From positions 298,743-362,742 of the forward strand of contig NIVC01001263.1 in assembly GCA_002269645.1 (NCBI GenBank): a stretch of DNA of 64,000 bases, in the 5' to 3' direction. Positions 28,887-39,813 of the stretch are shown piece after piece. This stretch comes from Macrostomum lignano (taxonomy: Eukaryota). The notes beneath the pieces are model-generated. The model had not been told where the DNA came from. It saw nothing but the letters and a program-made list of their open reading frames with translations, and made no database searches. Position 1 is the first letter of the stretch. The number at the start of each line of letters is the position of its first letter. A program made the position numbers and the translations under genes.

Positions 28887-29049
28887 CAGGCGCGGCGGAA
28901 GAAGAAGAAAAATATTGGGGGGGGGGGCAGCACAACCACAACTTGTCAACTTGCACAACCACAACACAAGGGCAAATTCTGATATTTTGGACGGAAAAGT
29001 CTAAACGGAGAATAAACACTAGATGCATTACCCAGCTCTGCCGCGCCTG
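28887..29049. mobile_element. 163-bp hAT-type MITE
   Basis: TIR CAGGCGCGGC...GCCGCGCCTG; flanking 8-mers TTTGTAGG / TTAGTAGG (8-bp TSD, 1 mismatch). Confidence 0.7.
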
Positions 29050-31208
29050 TTAGTAGGCCTAAAGCCTATAAAATGCAGCAAGGATGCCTGTTTCTAGTCT
29101 AACACTACTTGTCCAGTTGTCCTTAAAGCAAAGTGCTTTTTTAGTCTTTGTTCAGGTGTTAGGTAGGTCTACTGTTAATATTAGCTTGTACTTACTTAGC
29201 AATGCTTCTTAGGTCTAATACTAGGCCTAGTAGGCCCTTAGCCTAGCCCATTCTCTTCTATGTTCTATGTAATAATTTACTTTTTTATTTTGTGTCAGAG
29301 GGCCTATGTTAATTTTTAATATAATCTCCTATCTGTAAGATAATTTATACTGTGATTTTGTATATGAATCTGCACATTTTTCTTATTTTACAAGGCATGT
29401 ATAAATGATGTATTAATATTTATTCCAAAATGAATATAGCCATAGGCTTACAATTATACAATAATATAGCCATATAGGGCGTAATCCAAATATACTAAAT
29501 CTCTAATGTTTGTATGCTTAATATACTAAATCTCTATTTTCTAGTATTTTAAAAATGAAAAAAATTAGTTGCTTGCTTGCTTGCTTGCTTGTATGCAATC
29601 AATTATCTCCCAAATAGCTCAACCAATTTTTGCTTTTTCTTTGCCAAAATATGTCAAATATGCTTGGGTCTGGGATAGTATTTGCATTTTGCATGAGCTC
29701 TAGCTCATTGCTAAGGAGATTAGATTTTTGAAAAACTGTTTAAAATTGGCTTTCTTAATGCAAATTTTATCAACCTGCACGCAGCAAAATAATTCATAAT
29801 CATAGCAAATTTTAATGGTTGCGCCAGAGCCAACTAATAAGAAAACTCACTGGGCTCTAGTACCCAGATAATTACTCTATTTAACTTGTGTAACCATTAA
29901 AGGGGGTTATAATAAAAATTCTGGATGCTGGCAGACAGCTTATCCTAGCTAGTCTTATATACTAAAAATGAAAAATATATAGTCTATATATTTTTGAAGC
30001 TTAGGCTAGTTATGATTATGCTTTATAGGGTTATAGGCCTAGTCAATTTGTCTTGATTCTTTCTTGAACTTAGCTTACTTTGTCCAATTTTTATTAGGTA
30101 ATTATGTCCAAATTTGAAAATAAAATATCTGAAAAATTAGGACAAGCGAAGTCAATTCCTTGTTTTTTTCTAGGTTTTCTTTAGTCAAAGAATTTGTTTG
30201 TTTATTGTCTATGTATAGGACTTTAAGTCCCCTTGGTTTATCTATTGGAATCCTCCTTAGTCAATTGGTGCATATATAATATATAAATATGATCTAACCT
30301 CATATATAGAATGCTATACAGAAATAGTTATTGTATTCATAGTGTAGGCCTATAATTAGGACTATAGTATTTAGTAGGCCTAATCATAATCTTCTGATCA
30401 TTAAAATATATATCCTAGGCAATAAAATGTAAATAAAAATTAGAAAATAATGAAAAATTAGAATGATATAAAAGTATATCATTAAGAGTATCTAGTGCAT
30501 ATTGGCATAAAATTTTGTATAAAACATATTGCTATATGCAAATTTAAAGTTATATACTCACTAGCAATTAGCATTGAAAAGTCACTATTATGCACCAATG
30601 AGCAATTTCTCTTAGATTATTCTAAAATAAAAATACAAGAAAAACAATTGGGATGATAATGTCAATCTGTCTAACCCTCGCATACCACTCCCCTTACTCT
30701 TGATGGCAACATTTGATATTGCTACATGTAGGTATACATTTGCTTAAAATTACCTAATTTAGTTTTTGTTTTTTATCTAATATTCAGGTTTTGAACCTGA
30801 ACCTGAACCTGAACATTTGACTAGGTTGTCTTTGCTCTATAATCTTATGTATCAGTTATTTGACCTTTTATGACATTAACAAAGTTGATTTTTTGCAAAA
30901 TTCAATAAACCTAGGTTAAATTTATATGTTATATTACCCTATTTTATTGCAAAGGTAGTTTGGATGGTATCATTTTTCATTGACTCTGGTATATAAAAGC
31001 TTTGTTTTAATTAAATAGATTGAAACAATTCATCATCTTGAGCTGACATTTGTAGCAACTTTGGTTTAATTTGTTAACACTCTGCAAATGCAGCAATCTG
31101 CCAAACAAGTAGGCTTGAATTTCAAGGCGAAATCTGCGCAGAAAGGCAATATAGTCTTTTGCTACTTGTTCCTTTTGGCGCCAAAGCACCCTGTTCTAGA
31201 ATGCAAGT

Positions 31209-31212
<4 letters not shown>

Positions 31213-31294
<82 letters not shown>
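31213..31294 (+). repeat. (AG)~41 microsatellite
   Basis: Direct reading. Confidence 0.98.
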
Positions 31295-31295
<1 letters not shown>

Positions 31296-31519
31296 AGGAG
31301 AGGGCCAGCAAGTGAAACTCGATACCGCAGGCAATTCCAGTTTCAACAGGAACTTTCTTTTCTCGCCGGCGCGGCTCTCGCAGCCTCCGCCACCCCAATC
31401 TTGTTAATAAAAACACCTTCTAGGCAGCGTGAGGGCCTGCCTGCGTTCAGTAATTGCGCACCGAGAATTTTAGGCCTAATTAATTCTCGCAGTCGCATCG
31501 AAGCCAACAGGTGTCTCGC

Positions 31520-34500
31520 ATGCCGATTTTATCCGCAGTGGCCGCCCTGCTGCCGCCGACTGCAGCTGAGCAAAGCTCGCAAGCCATGAATGTCGGCAGT
31601 CAGCAGCAGCCGCCTCTGAAGCCGGCGAAATGCGATCGAGTTGCTGCTTTTGCCCAGAGTCTGCAACAACCGCAACAGAATCAGAAGCAGCAGAGACAGC
31701 AGCTTGCGGCGGCCGGTTCAAGCAGCGGGCGAAGCGTCAGCCGGCAGTGCAGCCGCTGGCGCAGCGAGGAGAACCTCTGTCTGGTCCGCGACAGGCGCGC
31801 CCGCCTGTTCGCCCGGCGACCCCGGCCCGCTGCCGCCAATGATGGGGTGGCGAACTCTGCTGGCGTTGCCGCGCCCGCCGCCCCAGCAGCCTCCGCGGCT
31901 GTCCCTGCGCTGCATCATCCCAGGGGCCGATCCGCGGCTACTGCTGCCTGCGTGTCCAAGCTTGAGTGCACTGGCGACGGAGGCGGGGACGCCGTCTACG
32001 AGTCCATGATCTCTGCCACCGATGTGAGCTGGCCTTGGAACTCTTTTTACATCCGGTGTTTCCATGATCAGCCCCCCAGACTGGCCCCATCAGCCCCCAG
32101 ACTGGCACATCAGCCCCCAGACTGGCCGCATCAGCTCCCAGACTGGCCCCATCAGCCCCCAGACTGGCCGCATCACCCCCAGACTGGCCGCATCACCCCC
32201 CAGACTGGCACATCAGCCCCCACACTGGCCCCATCAGCCCCCAGACTGGCACATCAGCCCCCAGACTGGCCCCATCACCACCCAGACTGGCACATCAGCC
32301 CCCAGACTGGCCCCATCACCACCCAGACTGGCACATCAGCCCCCAGACTGGCCCCATCACCACCCAGACTGGCCCCATCACCCCCCAGACTGGCCCCATC
32401 ACCCCCAGACTGGCACATCAGCCCCCAGACTGGCCCCATCACCCCCCAGACTGGCCCCATCACCCCCAGACTGGCACATCAGCCCCCAGACTGGCCCCAT
32501 CAGCCCCCAGACTGGCCCCATCACCCCCAGACTGGCCCCATCAGCCCCCAGACTGGCACATCAGCCCCCAGACTGGCCCCATCACCCCCCCAGACTGGCC
32601 CCATCAGCCCCCAGACTGGCCCCATCAGCCCCCAGACTGGCCCCATCAGCCCCCAGACTGGCCCCATCAGCCCCCAGACTGGCCCCATCAGCCCCCAGAC
32701 TGGCCCCATCAGCCCCCAGACTGGCCCCATCAGCCCCCAGACTGGCCCCATCACCCCCCCAGACTGGCCCCATCACCCCCCAGACTGGCCCCTCAGCCCC
32801 CAATTCCTCCGCGAACCCTCAGTGCCGGCCGGCCGAGAATGTATACGATGTCGCGGGCTTCGAGCACCGGCGCACGGCCTCCATCCAGGACCTGACCAGC
32901 GGTGGCAGCGTCGGGATTGTCTCGGCGGTTTCCGAAGGCGGCGGCGAGTACGCCACGGTGATGATCGAGCATCCCGGAGCCGCGGCCGGCAGCTCCACCA
33001 CAGTTGATCGACGAAATCCGCAGCCAGCGGCCGGCGATCAGCAACAATGGCGTCGCAACGTCCTTGGCTGCGTCTCCGACGCTTTCTCCGGCTTTCGCCG
33101 ACTGTCGGCCACAGCTGCAGGCGCCTACGCCGGCGCCTCGGACTCCGAGGATGACGACGACGAGCGGTCGGCGGGCTCCGGAAGCCTGGGCAGTCTGGGC
33201 GGCTCCGAGCTGTCCGATCGAGTCCGCCGGGCCGAGCTCACCCGGCTGAGGAGCGCCGCCGCCCTGCACTCCGGGCTGCTGGCCCAGCGCTGTCGGCACG
33301 ACCAGCTGTTCTCCGGCTGCTGCCTCATCCGCCTGCGGCTGTCGCTGAACTCGACGTCCGAGGCGCAGCCGACGCCCAGCCTGTCGTTCTGCCATCCGGC
33401 GAATTTCTCCGACCAGCCCTATTCGGCTTCTCTGCCGAGCTTCTGCTTTCCCGACGCCGAGTGCCTGGCAACCAGGCGGCAACGGCCGGGCGGAATCCAC
33501 CAGCTGCGCGGCTACCTGGAGGCCTGCGACCGGTTCAGCTTCGTCATCACCGAGCAGCGGGGCCTTCGCTTCTACGGCTACTGCATGCGCTGTCTGGCGC
33601 CCGATCCGGCCGCCTCCAACTCCGCCCCCGCCGCCGCCGGCACCCTCGTCGAAGCCGTGTGCATCGTCTCGCCAGTGGAATCCGAGCAGCTGTTCCACCA
33701 GATCCTGCTGGAGGCGCTGAGGAAGCGGCTTGGAGCGGCCACGCCGGAGCAGGGCCGACAGGAGCTCGAGGATTTTCTGGGTTGGTTCTTTTGTGATGTC
33801 CGTGTCAGAGAGGCCAGTTATGGAATTATCGTTTTTCAATAATTGAATACCGGTTTCTACGAGTCAAACGATGATTTCTAAGAATTAAAGAGCGATTTTA
33901 AAGAAACGAACAGCGATTTCTAAGAATTTATGGGTGCTTTCGAAGATCGGGGGTCGGGATGATTTCTTAAAATCGAAATTTGATTTCCCAGAAACAAACG
34001 GCGAATTCTAAGAAACGAAAGTGATTTCTAAGAATCGATGATGATGATTTCTAAGAATCGAAAGTTGATTTCCCAAAAACGAATAGCGACTTCTAAGAAT
34101 CAAAAGTTAATTTCCTAGAATTGAACGGAGATTTCTTAGAAACGAATGGCGATTTCTAAGAATCGATGGTGATTTCTAAGAATCGAGGGTGATTTCTAAG
34201 AATCGATGATAATTTCTAAGAATTGATGATGATTTCTAAGAATCGATGATGCTTTCTAAGAATTGATGATTTCTAAGAATCGATTATGCTTTCTAAGAAT
34301 CGATGATGATTTCTAAGAATTGATGATGATTTCTAGGAATCGATGATGCTTTCTAAGAATCGAGGGTGATTTCTAAGAATCGATGATGATTTCTAAGAAT
34401 CGATGATGCTTTCTAAGAATCGATGATGATTTCTAAGAATCGATGGTGATTTCTAGTGTTTAAATAAAGACACCTAAGAATCAAAAGGCTGCTTATAAAA

Positions 34501-36406
34501 ACCTAAAATTTTCTAGATCTGTGTAGTCAGCAATGCTTTTAGTATTGTTGGACCAGATTGTCCACATTGCTCTTTCCTCGCCAGTCTCGGTGTACAGCCG
34601 GCCTCTGCCAGACGCTGGCGGCTGGTTCGACCTGGTGACCACGGACCCCGGCCGCAGCGGCCAGGTCGTCAGTCGACGGTTCAGCCGGCCGGCCGGAGCC
34701 CGCCTGCAGCACGTGTCCCACTCGCAGCTGCTGACTTTCCCCGGCGCCCGGCTGGCGCTGCAGCTGTTCTCCGCCGCGCTGCACGAGCGCCAGATCGCGC
34801 TGGTCAGCGCCAACCCGCGCCGCCTCAGCCAGTGCGTGCAGGCCCTGGCCGGCCTGCTGTACCCGCTCCGGTGGCAGCACACCCTGGTGCCCGTCGTGCC
34901 CGCCGATATGTTGCGAATTGTCTGTTCGCCAACGCCTTTCATTTTGGGCGTCCTGGCAGAGCACCTGCCCCAGGTGGGCCTCATTTACACTGGTCTCTTG
35001 GTGTCGGAGATCTCAAGGGCTTACTTACGAGTAGATCAGCCCAGAAATTTTCTGAGAATCTCACGGGAGATTTTCTTAGAATAGAATCTCAGAGAGTCTT
35101 AGAATATAATTTCGTAGATTTTCTTAGAATCTCCTCTCGGAGAGTTTCTTAGAATCTCATCCTGAAGAGTTTCTTAGAATCTTATCTCGGAGAGTTTCTT
35201 AGAATCTCATCCTGAAGAGTTTCTTAGAATCTTATCTCGGAGAGTTTCTTAGAATCTTATCTCGGAGAGTTTCTTAGAATCTCATCTTGAAGAGTTTCTT
35301 AGAATCTCCTCTCGGAGAGTTTCTTAGAATCTCATCTCGGAGAGTTTCTTAGAATCTCATCTCAAATAGTTTCTTAGAGTCTCCTCTCGTATAGTTTCTT
35401 AGAATATCATCTCGAATAGTTTCTTAGAATCTCCTCTCGTATAGTTTCTTAGAATCTCATCTTGGAGAGTTTCTTAGAATCTCCTCTCGTGTAGTTTCTT
35501 AGAATCTCATCTCGAATAGTTTCTTAGAATCTCCTCTCGGATAGTTTCCTAGAATCTCATCTCGGAGAGTTTCTTAGAATCTCGCCCCCGGAAAACTTCT
35601 CGGTATCTCACCCGAAGATTTTCAAAGAATATTTCACCCGCAGGTTTTCCTTGTATGTCAAATTCTCGACATTTACTGATCCCCGACTCTCCGCGGCCCT
35701 GCAGGTGCTTCAAGACGACCTGGACCCGGACGTGTTCATCGTCAGCCTTGACGACGCGCGCATCGTCCGACAGCGCGGTGACGAGTCGCGCCTCTTGCCG
35801 CGCAAGCTGCGCCGCGCCTGCCTGGCCAGCCTGGCCGCCTCCCGCCGCCTCGAGGCCACCCGGCGCGCCGCTGAGCTCCTGGTTGTCCGCACCTTCCTCC
35901 AGCTGTTCGTCGTGGCCGTCGGGCACTACGCCGATCACGTGACCATCGGCCGGACCGACGGGAGGCGCCGCTTTGACCGAGAGTCGTTCTGCTCGGCGCC
36001 GCGCTCGCGTGGCCTCCGCGCCCTCCTGCGCGTCCTGGCCGTCACTGGCAATTTCCACGTGTTCATCAGCGACGTCCTGGACGGCAGCGCCTACGCGGCC
36101 AGCAAGCTGACGGTGAGCACCGTGCTGCGCGACTTCGACCAGGCTGTGCGCGACTTCCGCGCCGACGCTCAGCGCCGAGGCGGCGCCGGCGCCAGCGGAC
36201 TTTTGAGCAGCCTCAGGCGTCAGGTCCGCCGCCTGCTGTCTGGCGAAGACGATCGTCGGGGTCGTCGACGGAGCCGCGGTCGGAGCCGCACAGCCGCAGG
36301 CTACTCGGCTGCGTCCGCGACAGCGCCGCTGAGCAGCTCCTACCCGGCCAGGCCGAGCGGCTCGCTGCGCTCCTGGGGCCAGCCAGCGCTGCCGCCGCGG
36401 CGCTGA
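31520..36406 (+). CDS. DENND2: DENND2/ST5-like DENN-domain Rab GEF (exons ~31520-32023, 32823-33780, 34585-34973, 35705-36406)
   Basis: uDENN-DENN-dDENN motifs: PSFCFPDA, FSFVITEQRGLRFYGYC, EAVCIVS, HERQIALVS, LLYPLRWQHTLVPVVPADMLRIVCSPTPFILGV, GDESRLLPRKL, FLQLFVVAVGHY. Intron phases 0/1/0 are all compatible. The 5' start is uncertain (31511 follows a possible acceptor). Confidence 0.88.
32069..32800 (+). repeat. ~20-21-bp C-rich intronic minisatellite (CCCCCAGACTGGCCCCATCA)
   Basis: Tandem copies in DENND2 intron 1. Confidence 0.95.
33870..34460 (+). repeat. 20-bp intronic minisatellite (GATTTCTAAGAATCGATGAT)
   Basis: Tandem copies, degenerate at the left end, in DENND2 intron 2. Confidence 0.92.
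35040..35590 (+). repeat. 25-bp intronic minisatellite (GAGAGTTTCTTAGAATCTCATCTCG)
   Basis: Tandem copies in DENND2 intron 3. Confidence 0.92.
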
Positions 36407-36454
36407 GGCACAACTGGGGGAGTCGGCGCTCACTACTCGCTCATGGATCCACTG

Positions 36455-37520
36455 TCGTTGACCCATTTCAAAGACCTTGATCCAATGGTGTTGACCCACT
36501 TATGAGCCCGAAGTCTTGACCAGGCAGTGTTGACCCACTTTTGTAGGCCTTGACCCAGCAGTGTTGGCCCATTCATAGGCCTTGACCCAGCGGTTTTGAC
36601 CCATTCATAGGCCCTGACCCACCGGTGTTGACCCATTCATAGACCTTGACCTAGCGGTGTTGACCTATTCATTGGCCTTGACCCAAAATTGTTGACCCAT
36701 TCATAGGCCTTGACCTAGCGGTTTTGACCCATTCATAGGCCTTGACCTAGCGGCTTTGACCCATTCAAAGGCCTTGACCCAGTGGTGTTGACCCATTCAT
36801 AGGCCTTGACCCAGCGGTGTTGACCCATTCATTGGCCTTGACCCAAAATTGTTGACCCATTCATAGGCCTTGACCTAGCGGTTTTGACCCATTCATAGGC
36901 TTTGACCTAGCGGTTTTGACCCATTCATTGGCCTTGACCCAGAATTGTTTACCCATTCATAGACCTTGACCCAGCGGTGTTGACCCATTCATAGGCCTTG
37001 ACCCAGCGGTGTTGACCCATTCATAGGCCTTGACCTAGCGGTTTTGACCCATTCATAGGCCTTGACCTAGCGGTTTTGACCCATTCATAGGCCTTGACCC
37101 AGCGGTGTTGACCCATTCATAGGCCTTGACCTAGCGGTTTTGACCCATTCATAGGCTTTGACCTAGCGGTTTTGACCCATTCATTGGCCTTGACCCAGAA
37201 TTGTTTACCCATTCATAGACCTTGACCCAGCGGTGTTGACCCATTCATAGGCCTTGACCCAGCGGTGTTGACCCATTCATAGGCCTTGACCTAGCGGTTT
37301 TGACCCATTCATAGGCCTTGACCTAGCGGTTTTGACCCATTCATAGGCCTTGACCCAGCGGTGTTGACCCATTCATAGGCCTTGACCCAGCGGTGTTGAC
37401 CCATTCATAGGCCTTGACCTAGCGGTTTTGACCCATTCATAGGCCTTGACCTAGCGGTTTTGACCCATTCATAGGCCTTGACCCAGCGGTGTTGACCCAT
37501 TCATATGCCTTGACCCTCTG
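36455..37520 (+). repeat. 32-bp minisatellite (GACCCATTCATAGGCCTTGACCCAGCGGTGTT) 3' of DENND2
   Basis: Tandem copies with a few alternating variants. Confidence 0.95.
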
Positions 37521-37930
37521 ACCCAGAGGCAGTGACCCATTCGTTGGCTCTGAACCATCAGCTTGCTAGCGGCGGGGCCCACAGTGCATGATTGCGCAAT
37601 CAGTCCCCGCTTGTCATTGATGATAATTGCTAATCTGCATTCACCAGTCAGTAATCAGTTATAATCATTTTCTATTCGAAACTCTCGTATCCAGCATTCC
37701 ACCTCCAGTCTCTTGTCCGAGTCTTTCCAGCTGCTATTTTATTGCCTTGATAATCTTATCTAATCCCCAAGATGTACTCTTCTTTTGCTACTCTGTACTT
37801 TTGCGTTTCTGTGTTTAGCTCTGCCAGTCCTGTTTGTACAGATCTTCGAGTCTAACATTCCTTGCTAATTTTTTGTGCTAATTATAATAATAAATTAATT
37901 ATTCATGCTCGATTTTACTGGATTTTGTCC

Positions 37931-37975
37931 GTTGCTATGGCGACGGAAAGAAAACGGTGCGTTGCTTATGGAAAC
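37931..37975. promoter_or_regulatory. Two RFX X-box-like motifs (GTTGCTATGGCGAC, GTTGCTTATGGAAAC)
   Basis: Match to the X-box consensus GTNRCC-N0-3-RGYAAC with 1-2 deviations each. Confidence 0.4.
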
Positions 37976-38014
37976 ATTCATAGGGCTTGGTTCGCCTATT
38001 ACATGTAAACTGTA

Positions 38015-39510
38015 CGAATGAATAGAATGGATTGCTAAACTAGCCAACATGATAAAGGAATAGAATGGATTGCTAATCTAGCCAACATGAATAAAGGAAT
38101 AGAATGGATTGCTAAACTAGCCAACATGATAAAGGAATAGAATGGATTGCTAATCTAGCCAACATGAATAAAGGAATAGAATGGATTGCTAAACTAGCCA
38201 ACATGAATAAAGGAATAGAATGGATTGCTAATCTAGCCAACATGAATAAAGGAATAGAATGGATTGCTAATCTAGCCAACATGATAAATGAATAGAATGG
38301 ATTGCTAATCTAGCCAACATGATAAAGGAATAGAATGGATTGCTAATCTAGCCAACATGAATAAAGGAATAGAATGGATTGCTAATCTAGCCAACATGAA
38401 TAAAGGAATAGAATGGATTGCTAAACTAGCCAACATGATAAATGAATAGAATGGATTGCTAATCTAGCCAACATGATAAAGGAATAGAATGGATTGCTAA
38501 TCTAGCCAACATGAATAAAGGAATAGAATGGATTGCTAAACTAGCCAACATGAATAAAGGAATAGAATGGATTGCTAATCTAGCCAACATGATAAAGGAA
38601 TAGAATGGATTGCTAATCTAGCCAACATGAATAAAGGAATAGAATGGATTGCTAATCTAGCCAACATGAATAAAGGAATAGAATGGATTGCTAAACTAGC
38701 CAACATGAATAAAGGAATAGAATGGATTGCTAATCTAGCCAACATGAATAAAGGAATAGAATGGATTGCTAAACTAGCCAACATGATAAAGGAATAGAAT
38801 GGATTGCTAGTCTAGCCAACATGATAAAGGAATAGAATGGATTGCTAATCTAGCCAACATGTATGAAGGAATAGAATGGATTGCTAATCTAGCCAACATG
38901 GATGAAGGAATAGAATGGATTGCTAAACTAGCCAACATGAATAAAGGAATAGAATGGATTGCTAATCTAGCCAACATGAATAAAGGAATAGAATGGATTG
39001 CTAAACTAGCCAACATGATAAAGGAATAGAATGGATTGCTAATCTAGCCAACATGGATGAAGGAATAGAATGGATTGCTAATCTAGCCAACATGATAAAG
39101 GAATAGAATGGATTGCTAATCTAGCCAACATGAATAAAGGAATAGAATGGATTGCTAAACTAGCCAACATGATAAAGGAATAGAATGGATTGCTAGTCTA
39201 GCCAACATGATAAAGGAATAGAATGGATTGCTAATCTAGCCAACATGTATGAAGGAATAGAATGGATTGCTAATCTAGCCAACATGTATGAAGGAATAGA
39301 ATGGATTGCTAATCTAGCCAACATGTATGAAGGAATAGAATGGATTGCTAATCTAGCCAACATGTATGAAGGAATAGAATGGATTGCTAATCTAGCCAAC
39401 ATGTATGAAGGAATAGAATGGATTGCTAATCTAGCCAACATGTATGAAGGAATAGAATGGATTGCTAGTCTAGCCCACATGTATGAAGGAATAGAATGGA
39501 TTGCTAGTCT
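38015..39510 (+). repeat. 38-39-bp minisatellite (GAATAGAATGGATTGCTAATCTAGCCAACATGAATAAAG), array 1
   Basis: Tandem copies 3' of CFAP299; same family as 41880-43350. Confidence 0.95.
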
Positions 39511-39813
39511 AGCTCTAAATGATTGAAGAAAAATAGTATGAATTGAAATCTATAACTAATTTTACTTTTATCAGGGTATTAAAAGAGATGAGTGAGGCTG
39601 CGAGAGTTACTTATTTTTCTATAGGCAAATAATTTGTTATCAAATTTACTTGATAAGTTTATCTATATATTTAATTGGTTTACAAAACACGTTTGCGGCA
39701 ACGAATGCAGCCGAAGCGGCCGTTCCTCCATCAAAGACAGTAACATAGCATTCAACAGTAGCTTGAAGCAATTAAAGCAAATCGGCTTTGCTGAGCTCAA
39801 GTCTGCAGAAATC

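Noticed and set aside
32793-36499. Antisense ORFs over DENND2 (and similar ones over LINE ORF2 and TTLL10)
   Set aside because: Shadow ORFs of GC-rich coding sequence with no motifs.
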